Positions 50,618-60,465 of a DNA stretch of 64,000 nt are shown in pieces. Positions within the stretch are counted from its first letter, which is position 1. Each line of letters starts with the position of its first letter. The notes under the pieces were generated by a model, which did not search any database, was not told where the DNA came from, and saw nothing but the letters and a program-made list of their open reading frames with translations. Source of the DNA: Gammaproteobacteria bacterium (GTDB taxonomy: Bacteria; Pseudomonadota; Gammaproteobacteria; GCA-001735895); contig JBNKUM010000014.1 in assembly GCA_050298595.1 (NCBI GenBank), positions 1-64,000 on the forward strand, given 5' to 3'. The position numbers and the translations under genes are program-made.

Positions 50618-51508
50618 ATGATTAATCCTCTGACCAGGCAACAACATAGCCTACGTGGTATTATTTACATTACGCTAGCAATCCTCGGTATTTCGATATC
50701 CGATGCGCTGGTTAAATGGATGGTGATGGGGGGAACTCACCCGCTCCAGTTAATCGCCGTGCGTGGCTGGATGACGCTGTTTTTTTTCCTGATGCTCATC
50801 CGCTATCGAGGGGTTAAACAACTCTATTCCACGCGCTGGAAATCACATATCGGGCGCGGACTGATTGGAGCGATTGCACCGATCTTATTCTTCCAGTCCC
50901 TGAAAACCCTGCCATTGGCAGAAGCCACCGCTTTATTTTTCAGTTCGACTTTTATCATGGCGATACTCTCAGCAATATTTCTTAAAGAACCGATCGGCGG
51001 ACATCGCTGGCTGGCGGTGGTGGTCGGTTTTTTTGGCGTGCTATTGATCACCCGTCCCGGCGCAGAAGCCTTTCGCATCGAAGCGCTGTATGTGTTCGGA
51101 TCAAGTCTGGCTTATTCAATACTGGTGGTCAGCGGACGCTATCTTTCACGCACCGAATCGATAACCTCACTAGTGTTTTATTTTAATCTGGCACTGGTGA
51201 TTGTCTGCACACTACCCATGCCCTGGATCTGGCGAGCAATGCCGATTGAAATCTGGTTAGGGATTCTGGGCTTTGCCTTGATCACACTGCTCGGACATTT
51301 CGGTATCACGCTGGCATTTAAAATTGCACCCATCGGTGTTATCGCCCCGTTTGAATATCTAGCGCTGGTATGGGCTACCCTGCTGGGTTTTATGATATGG
51401 GGCGACCTACCTGAACCACTCAGTTTCGCAGGTATGTTTATCATTATTGCGAGCGGGCTGTATATCCTGTATCGAGAACGTCGATCGCAAACCGCAACAG
51501 GTAATTGA
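50618..51508 (+). CDS. DMT/EamA-family transporter
   Basis: About ten TM segments; LPLAEATAL, FLKEPIG, IAPFEY. Confidence 0.88.
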   Translation: MINPLTRQQHSLRGIIYITLAILGISISDALVKWMVMGGTHPLQLIAVRGWMTLFFFLMLIRYRGVKQLYSTRWKSHIGRGLIGAIAPILFFQSLKTLPLAEATALFFSSTFIMAILSAIFLKEPIGGHRWLAVVVGFFGVLLITRPGAEAFRIEALYVFGSSLAYSILVVSGRYLSRTESITSLVFYFNLALVIVCTLPMPWIWRAMPIEIWLGILGFALITLLGHFGITLAFKIAPIGVIAPFEYLALVWATLLGFMIWGDLPEPLSFAGMFIIIASGLYILYRERRSQTATGN

Positions 51509-51525
51509 TTTGTGAGGTCGGATCT

Positions 51526-51670
51526 GAATGGCACTTACTTAAGGGAAAAATGTCATCGCGAGTGTCAGCGCGGCGATCTTTAACTTTGCAGAAACCCCAC
51601 TGACGAAGGGATTGCCACGTCGCAAGCTCCTCGCAATGAACAGCGTAACAGCCTTAAGTAAGTACCATTA
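51526..51670. mobile_element. ~145-bp MITE with IS4-type ends and target-site duplication
   Basis: TIRs AATGGCACTTACTTAAGG / CCTTAAGTAAGTACCATT (17 of 18 match); flanking direct repeat AGGTCGGATCT at 51515 and 51671; internal GTCATCGCGAG...CTCGCAATGA palindrome. Confidence 0.8.
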
Positions 51671-51760
51671 AGGTCGGATCTGAAGTATTTTTGAGTTCTG
51701 CTCTTTCTGCTAAAGATCCAGGGCACCCATATGGACTCCCGAAAATCTGCAACTGCTCAT

Positions 51761-51783
51761 GTCACCCCGGCAAAGCCGGGGTG
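51761..51783. repeat. GC-rich hairpin (REP-like), possibly terminating the 51796-52674 gene
   Basis: GTCACCCCGGC-AAA-GCCGGGGTG. Confidence 0.55.
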
Positions 51784-51795
51784 TAATTATTGGGT

Positions 51796-52674
51796 TTACT
51801 TAATCGCTGCTTTTATGGTCAAGACAATCGATTTCGGCGCCTCAGAAATTTTCATAAAAGTGCCCATGCCTAAATCCGGGAAGCTTTGGGCGATACGGAA
51901 TTTGCCATGTAAAAGATAAGCTTTATTACCGGAAACCAGAAATTCATAAGGCAGATGGGCAGTGTGGCGTAAATCACCCTGGTCGGTTATCGCCATTACG
52001 GTTTTATCCGCACCATCGCCTTCTTTAATTGCCACGCCATATACAGTTTCATCTTTACCCGTGACATCAACTCGATAGACCAAATCAACCGCTTTGCTAT
52101 TGGCTAAACCTTTTTCAACAGCAGTCAAAGCCGCTTGATAATCTGCGTATTCAGCCAGGTTCAACTGATCATCGAAATAAGGCATCGCAAACATATAATG
52201 GTATTCACGTAGGTCCTCTGCCTTCATGGCTTTTTCTACACCAAACTCCTGTGTTTTACCCAGTGCTTTTACCATGGCATCAGTAATACCGTCGAGATTG
52301 CTGGACATACGATACATATTTGCCATGTAGGAAGGATTGGTATAAGACAGCTGAACGTTATCACCCACTTTGGTTACAGCAACCCGTTGTGCAGCAGCGA
52401 AGCCACCGAAAGTAGAACCGGCTGCGGCCTTTTTCAGTGCATCATTAGTAACTATGATGATATGTGCATCTGCATAAGGCGCATATTCTCCCACAACTGT
52501 GAAGCCTGCCCCGGTCAAAACCTGCCTGGTTTCTTCAACTTTAGCGGCCACATCACCGGCACCCTGAGATGCTAAAATATAAGGCTTGTAAACTCCGTCA
52601 CCTGCGTGGGCCGCGCTAGAAAAAATACAGGTGATGATCATGAGGGGTATTGCAATAAAAGTTTTAATTATCAT
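51796..52674 (-). CDS. Secreted hypothetical protein
   Basis: Signal peptide ending AAHA; AGGAG RBS; clean 292-aa ORF; family not recognised with certainty. Confidence 0.7.
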   Translation of the reverse strand: MIIKTFIAIPLMIITCIFSSAAHAGDGVYKPYILASQGAGDVAAKVEETRQVLTGAGFTVVGEYAPYADAHIIIVTNDALKKAAAGSTFGGFAAAQRVAVTKVGDNVQLSYTNPSYMANMYRMSSNLDGITDAMVKALGKTQEFGVEKAMKAEDLREYHYMFAMPYFDDQLNLAEYADYQAALTAVEKGLANSKAVDLVYRVDVTGKDETVYGVAIKEGDGADKTVMAITDQGDLRHTAHLPYEFLVSGNKAYLLHGKFRIAQSFPDLGMGTFMKISEAPKSIVLTIKAAIK

Positions 52675-52959
52675 TAAAAAGCTCCTTTGGTTATTTTAAT
52701 TATCTTGAAGATTTTTCATTTATTCCATGTATAGGGAAGATGGACTCGTAAGCTGGAATAAACAAAAACCAAGCATACTCACTAAAGAAAAAGATGGAAA
52801 GCCTATTATCAAGATTTTTATGGACTGCGGTTTAGGTAAAAGTCACTCCATGACTCCCCCATAGAAAAGTATGCTGGAATAGCAATAGCGGAAAAACTAT
52901 TGTTATTGCATAAACAATTTTTAGATTCACTACTATTTGTAGTTTCTTAGATCGATCAT

Positions 52960-55854
52960 TTATTTCAGCGCTGAAATTAATTTTGTGGTTACAGGGATAT
53001 TAGCGGAAGGCCTTCCGATATAATAACCTTGGGCATAATCCACACCAATTTCTGCTAATAGCTTGAGGGTATTTTCATCTTCAACAAATTCTGCCACTGT
53101 CTCCTTTCCTAAAGCAGTTGCTATCTGCGTTAATGCTCTGACAAAGACCTGATCCATCTTGTTTGTGAGTAGTTGTTTGATGAATGAACCATCGATCTTT
53201 ACAATATCCACCGGTAGCTCTCTCAAGTAATAAAAGGATGAGAAGCCGATACCAAAATCATCCAGTGCAAACCGGCACCCGAGTTTCTGGAGCTCGGTCA
53301 TCAAGTTAAGCGCTGCATTCATATCTGCCAGTGCTGCAGTTTCAGTCAGTTCAAATACCAGATGCTCTGGGTTGATACCACTATTGTTGAGCAGTTGAGT
53401 CAATTGCGGGAGTAGCTTTGGATCATCAATGACACGACCAGATAGATTGATTGAGAGCGTGATATCCTGCTCGCTACCTCTCAGACTTGACAATTTATCA
53501 ATCGAGGCACCCAGTACATATTGGTTAATCTTGTGAATCAAGCCTGTTCGCTCAGCTACAGGTATGAACTCTCCAGGCATAGCAATGGAGCCGTCCCGCT
53601 CAATCATTCTGATGAGTACCTCATAATGTGAGATGATGCCGTCGCTAATCTTCAAAATAGGCTGAAAAAACAGGGTGAAACGCTCCTCTGTCAAGGCCCG
53701 TTCGATCTTATTTTTCCAGGTAACCTGGGCATTCAACTGTTCACGAACCATCTCCTTGTTTGAGAAGAGATGCCAATTGTCTCTGCCCAACTCTTTCGCC
53801 TGATACATGGCCAGGTCGGCATTTGAAAGCAGTTCTTCGGATGAAGAACCATGTTTCGGGTAGGTAACTATGCCGATGCTAGCTGTGACGTGATGGCGGT
53901 GGCCTTTTGATGGAATGGAAATCTTCTTAAGTTCATTAAGTAGCTTGTCTGCAAAAAGAATGGTGCCCGGTATGTCTGCCTCCGGTACCACAATCGCGAA
54001 TTCATCACCACCCAGGCGTGCAATAAGGTCGTTGGAGCGGGTGATTTCACGAATTTTTCGGGCAACGGCCTGTAAAAATGCATCACCTGTTTGATGACCA
54101 CTTGAATCGTTAATGTACTTAAACTGGTCGAGATCAAAAAACAGTAGCGCGAAGGAACGGCGATAACGCTCGGCAAACGTAATGATCTTATCTAACTCAG
54201 TCTGAAAGCTACGACGGTTATTCAGTTCTGTCAGTGGATCATGATTTGCTAACCATGCAAGCCGCTGCTGTGCGACTTCACGGTCAGTAATATCAAGACC
54301 GATCGAAAGTATATCAGGAGTATCGGGAGTCTGTTTGCTGGTTAATGGTGAGTGTACCCAGGAGAAGGTTTTTTTCTGCCCATCGCATGACAGGGTGCTG
54401 GCATCGTGTTGATGGGAAGCTATCTTGCCAGCCTGCAAACCATCCATGATATGCTTCATCTGTTTGAGCTGATCAACATTCATGAACAGGTCACTGAAGC
54501 GGCGACTGCCAGGCTGGTAATCGGTTACGCCGATAAACTGACAGCCCTCAGTATTAATGGTGAGGATAGCACCATTGCTGTCCTGAGTGAGGATAATAAC
54601 CTGTGCGCTGTGCATGATAGTGTTGAGGAAATCCCTTTCTACGGCTAACTCTTCACTACGTTTAATGAGACTATCGGTATTTTTTTTTATCTCCTCATGA
54701 AGATTCTCTAGTGTATGTGTCAGTTGAATGGCAGATTCGCTGGCGATATCAATCTCATCCTGATACCAGTCGTGACGTTGGAAGGAGAGTTTGCTTCTGA
54801 CTTTCTGAAAGGCGTTTTTTGCCAGTAATGGCAAACTGTTTGATATCAGCAGCAGTCTTTTCATCGGATGCCACAGGAACAGGGCTAAAAGTAGTTCAGA
54901 AACAATAAATCCAATAATGCCTATCACAACAGATTGCGTGGTTGCCTGCTGAATTTGTTGGACCACAGCTGTAATATTACTGACAATAACAAAGTCCGCT
55001 GATGTATCACTAGTTGCCGGAATAAGACTTATAGCAAAGTGCTCACCGTCATAGATGGCTTTGTATTCACTATCAGCTATAGCCATGAGCGATATTTGCT
55101 CAGAAGTTAAATGTAATATTGGAATCACTTTTTCAATATTACTCGATGCAGAGATATATCTTTGCCACTTTGGAAGAAGGCGGATGCTACTCATCAGGTT
55201 CTCCTGTGAATTCGGACGACTGATTATTGCGACATCTGTCTTTGTTAATTCATTAAATTCTATGATGACATCAGCCAGGGAGCGGCCTACCAGTATCACT
55301 CCGGCATCTTTACCTTTGTCTAGCACAGGCACGGCGACATACTGAACACAAGCTGCATCACAGTGCAGGCTAGACATCGGTATCTGAAGACGATTAACCG
55401 ACCTGACCAGATCATCGAAAATACCCTCAGTCTCTCTGGTCTGCCAGTTAAACAGAAGCTCGTTGTGGTTACTGAAATAAGCAGCCTGTTCAAGCCCCCA
55501 GTCAATATCCAGTGTCTTTTCACTATGTTGAAAAAAATTATTCAGCTTCTTGCCCAGGCTAAGGCTTTGCTTAGTCATGGCTGCTTCAGATAATGCAGGA
55601 ATCATTCGGGCTATCTGCTCCAAACGATATAAACTTGTTTCCAGAAGGGATGTGACCTGCCTGTTTTGTTGCTCGCGTATTTGTTCCTGATAGGTGTTAA
55701 ACAGGCTGCGTTGTTGTAGATAGCCCAGGCCTGCCAAACCCGCGTTGATGATAAATAGTACCAGGCTGAACAATAGAACGACCTTCCATTTCAGACTGAG
55801 GAAGAATAGACCTTTGTTAGAATATGCAGATTCGGAACTATTTTTCTTATCCAA
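52960..55854 (-). CDS. Membrane sensor with periplasmic Cache-like, PAS, GGDEF and EAL domains
   Basis: Two TM helices; HDPLTELNNRR, DLDQFK, RLGGDEF, YEVLIRM, ELTET, ALDDFG, QGYYIGRP; TTG start. Confidence 0.92.
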   Translation of the reverse strand: MDKKNSSESAYSNKGLFFLSLKWKVVLLFSLVLFIINAGLAGLGYLQQRSLFNTYQEQIREQQNRQVTSLLETSLYRLEQIARMIPALSEAAMTKQSLSLGKKLNNFFQHSEKTLDIDWGLEQAAYFSNHNELLFNWQTRETEGIFDDLVRSVNRLQIPMSSLHCDAACVQYVAVPVLDKGKDAGVILVGRSLADVIIEFNELTKTDVAIISRPNSQENLMSSIRLLPKWQRYISASSNIEKVIPILHLTSEQISLMAIADSEYKAIYDGEHFAISLIPATSDTSADFVIVSNITAVVQQIQQATTQSVVIGIIGFIVSELLLALFLWHPMKRLLLISNSLPLLAKNAFQKVRSKLSFQRHDWYQDEIDIASESAIQLTHTLENLHEEIKKNTDSLIKRSEELAVERDFLNTIMHSAQVIILTQDSNGAILTINTEGCQFIGVTDYQPGSRRFSDLFMNVDQLKQMKHIMDGLQAGKIASHQHDASTLSCDGQKKTFSWVHSPLTSKQTPDTPDILSIGLDITDREVAQQRLAWLANHDPLTELNNRRSFQTELDKIITFAERYRRSFALLFFDLDQFKYINDSSGHQTGDAFLQAVARKIREITRSNDLIARLGGDEFAIVVPEADIPGTILFADKLLNELKKISIPSKGHRHHVTASIGIVTYPKHGSSSEELLSNADLAMYQAKELGRDNWHLFSNKEMVREQLNAQVTWKNKIERALTEERFTLFFQPILKISDGIISHYEVLIRMIERDGSIAMPGEFIPVAERTGLIHKINQYVLGASIDKLSSLRGSEQDITLSINLSGRVIDDPKLLPQLTQLLNNSGINPEHLVFELTETAALADMNAALNLMTELQKLGCRFALDDFGIGFSSFYYLRELPVDIVKIDGSFIKQLLTNKMDQVFVRALTQIATALGKETVAEFVEDENTLKLLAEIGVDYAQGYYIGRPSANIPVTTKLISALK

Positions 55855-55864
55855 GGCATTTATC

Positions 55865-57073
55865 TCAGAAACTATAGGAAACTAGTAGCGAAAACAGGTT
55901 CCAGTCACGCTGTTTCGCGCCAGGCAATGGGTTTTCCAGGTTGGATAGAAATATAGTACCTTCCACCTGACTGAATTCGGTACGTAACATTAACCGCTCG
56001 GTGGGCTCCCAGAGCAGCCCTACAGTCCATAATTTGCTGAAGAAGTTGTGGGGAGGCAGGCCGAGTTTGGCGCTGGTTTTGCTACCATCTGTGTCATGTT
56101 TATCGTAATGGCTCTCCTCATAACGAGCGAACATTTCCCAGTCTGGCAGCATCCGATAACTTCCCTGTAAGTAGTAACCATTAACGGTTGTGTCTCCCGC
56201 ATCCATAAAACCGCCAAAACCTGTGTAGTCTATGGGTTCCTCCATATATTCCATGGTCAGGCTCAGGGGGCCATCATTGTATTGGCTTGAGACTACCCAG
56301 TAATCCATATCGAAACCACCTGGGGGGAACGCATTCATCTCACCATTCATTGACAGAGAAGCGTTACTCAGGGCCAATCTGATGCGACCTCCATCCCACT
56401 CATAGAGTAAGCGGCCGCCAGTTGTGAGGCCATCCTGCTCCAATTTTGGACTGGAGTCAGGGATAAGGTAGCTCTTTTCAACATTTTCATCGATCGGTGT
56501 TTTTCCGGCAAATAGTTGCAGATTGAAAAGGTGGCTGCCGAACTGGCTCCCTGCGTAAAATTGTCCTCCATCATTGGAGAGGACCATGTTTCTCACCCGA
56601 TCCCAGTAAATCGACTGAGGCATAAAGATTCCTGGCCGGGTAGCTGCTACATCCCGCGTGTCATTATACAGACCGAGAGGGTTTTTATTGCGACCGACAA
56701 TAAAACCGATATAGCTAGTCTCATCCATCTGGTGGGTATAATCGAATTGAGCAAAATCGACATCTAGAGACCCATCATACATCTCACCCGCTGTACGGGA
56801 GAGTAGTTGAGCGGATGCCATCATAGTTGGTGAAATACGATAGGAGGTATTGATGCCAATTTCAGTGAAATCAAAACTGCCATCCTTGCTATCACCAAAG
56901 AAGCTGTTTTCAGTTGTTTTGACATAACCCTGGGTTAAAAAGCCATGGACTTGCAAAGCTCGATTAAAATCTGAAAGTTCTGCGGCCAGCAATCCCTTTG
57001 CTGGCAGACAGCATAGTGCTAGCAGGCAAAGTGCCCAACGACTATTCAACTGAAATGGTGCGCATACGCTCAT
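55865..57073 (-). CDS. Outer-membrane beta-barrel (porin-like) protein
   Basis: Signal-like WALCLLALCCL; QVHGFLTQGY, GRNKNPLGLYNDTRDV; ends SYSF; start is 57073 or TTG at 57049. Confidence 0.7.
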   Translation of the reverse strand: MSVCAPFQLNSRWALCLLALCCLPAKGLLAAELSDFNRALQVHGFLTQGYVKTTENSFFGDSKDGSFDFTEIGINTSYRISPTMMASAQLLSRTAGEMYDGSLDVDFAQFDYTHQMDETSYIGFIVGRNKNPLGLYNDTRDVAATRPGIFMPQSIYWDRVRNMVLSNDGGQFYAGSQFGSHLFNLQLFAGKTPIDENVEKSYLIPDSSPKLEQDGLTTGGRLLYEWDGGRIRLALSNASLSMNGEMNAFPPGGFDMDYWVVSSQYNDGPLSLTMEYMEEPIDYTGFGGFMDAGDTTVNGYYLQGSYRMLPDWEMFARYEESHYDKHDTDGSKTSAKLGLPPHNFFSKLWTVGLLWEPTERLMLRTEFSQVEGTIFLSNLENPLPGAKQRDWNLFSLLVSYSF

Positions 57074-57461
57074 TATTATTTCCTTCAGAAAGATAACCGA
57101 TAGCCCCAGGTGTTTGTGCCACCATCTCGCGCATCTCCTCCTCAGATTCAACCTTAGTAGGTGCCTGCCCCATACCGGAATAGATCTGTCGATTCCAGAC
57201 TCGACGTAACTGGTGTGGAAATAAGCCGAGCAACTGTTTACTGAAATCTGTGTGCAAGCTGGTTTTATCCGGCATAACAAAGACATGGATTGGCTTGCCA
57301 TCGGGCCAGAGTGTTTTCCGCATGCTGAAAATTGAGCGTAAGGTGTTGCGTGACATGGTCTCCTGGGAGACATCACGGTTGATGACCAGATCAATAGATT
57401 GTGCTGTTTCACAAAAACTTAGCAGCAATCCAATTGCAAGTGCATGATAAGCAAATTTCAT
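57042..57461 (-). CDS. Small periplasmic substrate-binding-like protein (PBP2/phosphate-binding-like)
   Basis: Signal peptide; LRSIFSMRKTLWPDG, WNRQIYSG.GQAP, VAQTPGAIGYL. Confidence 0.75.
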   Translation of the reverse strand: MKFAYHALAIGLLLSFCETAQSIDLVINRDVSQETMSRNTLRSIFSMRKTLWPDGKPIHVFVMPDKTSLHTDFSKQLLGLFPHQLRRVWNRQIYSGMGQAPTKVESEEEMREMVAQTPGAIGYLSEGNNNERMRTISVE

Positions 57462-57889
57462 TCTTGTGGGAGAGATTCCTTATATTCCCTGATTATAGCA
57501 ACTATAGGAGCCCTGTCCCCATATTACAAGCAGCGAATTGCTACCTAACAACCCCTTCATTAAAAATGAGGGTAGACCAGTGTATCAACTGGAGAAATTT
57601 GCATTAATGGGGGGGCAGAGGGATTAATTTCCACTGATTACGTCAAAAGTTCCGCTGCCTCAGTGGTGAGCCGCTGAGTGGTTGATAATAGTGACAATAG
57701 CTAATCACAGAGCTTATCATGTCTCGCAAGCTCATTCAGTTTCAACCAGGCTTATCCTTAACCGAATTTACCTGACTTTACGGCAGTCAGGAGCAATGCC
57801 AATCTACCCTACAAGCTCGCACGCTGGCCTAAGGGGTTCGACTGTCAACGTCGTGCTTTACAGTTCTGGCTGAGATGGTTGATCAACAC

Positions 57890-58252
57890 CGAGCTATAGT
57901 AACCGGGTCAGGGCCGCTATGCACGAAGACAACCAGTTGCTTTTCAAGCTCAGCGATAGCGGAATTGGCAAACAACCCAAGCATATAGTGTACCAGTTCA
58001 AACCCTATGAGCAGGGAAACAGCTCCACCACACGCAAGCTTCGGTGGTACCGACCTCGGTTTTGTCATCAGCAAGAGGCTGGTGGACCTGATGAATGGCA
58101 ACATCTCTGTGCAGAGCAAGCTCGAAGAGGCATCCACCTTCGAAGTACGAATTCCACTGCTTAACAGGGGCATATCGACAGGAACTACAGGCCTGAACCG
58201 ACCCTCTTCAAACAGCTGGAAAAACGGTGCCTGGTTAGCCTCTCACTGCTGA
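57890..58252 (+). pseudogene. Frameshifted histidine-kinase HATPase fragment
   Basis: FKLSDSGIG...FKPYEQGNSSTTRK, then in another frame FGGTDLGFVISKRLVDLMNGNISVQS...STF (G1, F and G2 boxes). Confidence 0.75.
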
Positions 58253-58267
58253 TGGCCGAGGACAACT

Positions 58268-58960
58268 GTAAGCGTCCAGTAAACCCCACCTAAAGATTTC
58301 CCAAATCAGTTGATAGAGTTCGCCTTTTAACAGAAGGAACGAGTATGACCCAAAGAACCCACCGAAGCCAGGCCGAGTGGCAAGCCTTGATCCAGCAGCA
58401 AGTACAAAGCGGACAGACTTCAGCGGCATTTTGCCGTGAACAAGGCATATTGGCAAAAAGCTTCTTCTGCTGGCGAGGCCTGTTTGAAAAGTCTACTGAG
58501 GAAGCCTTAGTGCGCGTGGAACCGCTGCCCACTGCCAAAACCTCAATAACTGATCGCATGGTGTTGGAGTATGGGGGCCAGCCGTCTGGTGCTTGAAGGC
58601 TGTGATCCTTTATGGCTGGCGCAACTGCTCAAGGCGTTGTCATGAAGATGTTCGTCGAACCTGGTGCCGTGTTCCTACACCGCGAAGCGGTGGACTTCCG
58701 TAAATCTATTAATGGTCTGGTAGCTATAGTGCAACAGGAGATGAATCGTTCACCCTTCGCCGATGCACTGTTCGTATTCTGCAACCGGGCAAGGGACAAG
58801 CTCAAGATTGTCTACTGGGACCAAACCGGATTTTGTGCGACCACCACGGATGGTGGAAGTTAGGCAACGCAGGAGCAGTTGCCAAGTATAAACGCCTGGA
58901 ACAGGAACGCTTCAAATGGCCGGCACGCTACCCAGATGCCAACATGCCATTGAGCAGCGT
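58268..58960 (+). mobile_element. Degenerate IS66-family element (left end, tnpA, broken tnpB; tnpC absent)
   Basis: Left end GTAAGCGTCC at 58268; tnpA EWQALIQQQ..SG...AAFCR with an extra G in the G5 run at 58573-58577; tnpB VDFRKSINGL...FVFCNRARDKLKIVYWD. Confidence 0.85.
58837..58886 (+). repeat. ~50-bp double-hairpin insertion disrupting IS66 tnpB
   Basis: CCACC-ACGGAT-GGTGG and GGCAAC-GCAGGAGCA-GTTGCC lie between tnpB GFC and the out-of-frame YKRLEQERFKWP. Confidence 0.75.
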
Positions 58961-59182
58961 ATTCTGGTAAAATAGCACCATGTAATTGGCTATGGAACCA
59001 TTACTAAACGGCATCAACCGAATCATAAAAACTCAATTATTTGAGTTTAAGGACACGTTTGTCTTGAAAGTAGGGAGGCGTCCATATACGTCCAGAAACA
59101 ACTTAAATAACTGTTAATCAGCATAACTTCGTTTGCGCTATTGACTGAAAGCGGCTAATTGACCCCATTTATTTTTATCCTT

Positions 59183-59401
59183 TTATTGATTTTCAATCTC
59201 TTCCTGTACATCCTTAGGTAGCCACTTCCAAACAACCTGATAATACAACTCCTTGATTTCAGGGTAATTGATCTCTGCAAATTCCGAAACACGATTGGCA
59301 TCACCATATTTTGAAGGCTGATGAAATAGACTATTCAATTTCTCTAAAAGAGAAAAGATACGTATAGCTTCATCCACATCAACATCAATTTTACGATTCA
59401 T
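59183..59401 (-). CDS. Probable immunity protein (72 aa)
   Basis: Starts 3 nt after the toxin stop with an AGGTGA RBS; small and acidic; call rests on position. Confidence 0.65.
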   Translation of the reverse strand: MNRKIDVDVDEAIRIFSLLEKLNSLFHQPSKYGDANRVSEFAEINYPEIKELYYQVVWKWLPKDVQEEIENQ

Positions 59402-59404
59402 ATT

Positions 59405-60337
59405 TCACCTATTATTACTAAATGATGCATTTCTATCTTTTAAATCCACATCTCCTTTCAACGTGTATTCTGTCGCCCCGGTTTGTGGGTTCTTGACTAC
59501 AGCAAACTCACCTTCATATGCATCAAATTCTACATAATTATTACCCCGACCACGACTAATACCAAGCTCTTCTTCAACATCTCTTGGACTTTTGGGTTTA
59601 CCCTTAGCCTTTACAGTAAAAACTCGATCTTGATCACTCGCTTTTATCACCTCCGTATCCTTAATCCCCTCAATTCCTTTCTTGTTAGTAAAGTGACGAA
59701 GTCTAGTAGCTTTTAGTGGCTTTGCCAACGGAATCTCAGATAGCACCCCAATTATACCCAGAGCATATTCTCCATTTCTAATATCGTTTACTCCATCAGC
59801 AACTCCCATTCCTGGAGCCATTTCAACGCTAGCTTCGGCAAAGCCAAATGCAAAATCGGTATAGAATTTTCCACTCGAGAAATAGTCAGATGGAAATGCA
59901 TATCCAAAATACTCCCCATTCGGATCAGTATATTTATAAGGGTTATCTCCCGCATAAGCATACCGATTAAACGTAATCGGGTTTTTACTCTTAAACCCAA
60001 CCGGATCCACCCCCATAAACCGTCCAATCTCCGGATCATAATACCGAGCCTGCATATAAGTCAGCCCGGTCTCCTCATCATGCACATGCCCAGTATAGCC
60101 ACGCACATTATCCTTTCCCACATCCTGCTTGAGTAACTTATCTCCATAAGGGCTGTACTCTTCTCGCCACACCACCTCACCCAATTCATTGGTGGTGGCA
60201 ACTGGACTGCCGAGCAAGTCGTAGTGATAAAACGTGATTTTATTAGCGGCGTAGGCCTGATTATTGGCTATGGCCATTAGCACCAGGAATAAACCCAACA
60301 CCAGGTACTTGATTAATTTGGAAGCGCTAGTTTTCAT
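59405..60337 (-). CDS. Signal-peptide-bearing RHS-core protein with C-terminal toxin domain (ART HYD1-like)
   Basis: MKTSASKLIKYLVLGLFLVLMAIANNQAYA, then FYHYDLLGSP...GYTGHVHD..TGLTYMQARYYDPEIGRFMGVDP...NRYAYAGDNPYKYTDPNG; tip LRHFTNKKGIEGI...VF...YVEFD. Confidence 0.88.
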   Translation of the reverse strand: MKTSASKLIKYLVLGLFLVLMAIANNQAYAANKITFYHYDLLGSPVATTNELGEVVWREEYSPYGDKLLKQDVGKDNVRGYTGHVHDEETGLTYMQARYYDPEIGRFMGVDPVGFKSKNPITFNRYAYAGDNPYKYTDPNGEYFGYAFPSDYFSSGKFYTDFAFGFAEASVEMAPGMGVADGVNDIRNGEYALGIIGVLSEIPLAKPLKATRLRHFTNKKGIEGIKDTEVIKASDQDRVFTVKAKGKPKSPRDVEEELGISRGRGNNYVEFDAYEGEFAVVKNPQTGATEYTLKGDVDLKDRNASFSNNR

Positions 60338-60465
60338 GTTCTTTCCAGAAGCTCCTTGAATTTTTTTCATGGTAATAGCAATTAGCATCAGTTGATTCTA
60401 ATTAGATCATTTATGAGCACGTAATCAATCACCGAATATGACCCTTGACCTCCTATTTTTAATTG

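Noticed and set aside
57074-57412. 113-aa N-terminal extension of the porin ORF
   Set aside because: Overlaps the binding-protein gene; the signal-like sequence begins near 57073-57049
59073-59088. GGGAGGCGTCCATATA (and ATATGGACTCCC at 51729) resembling IS110/IS1111 sub-terminal ends
   Set aside because: Short isolated matches with no transposase or partner end
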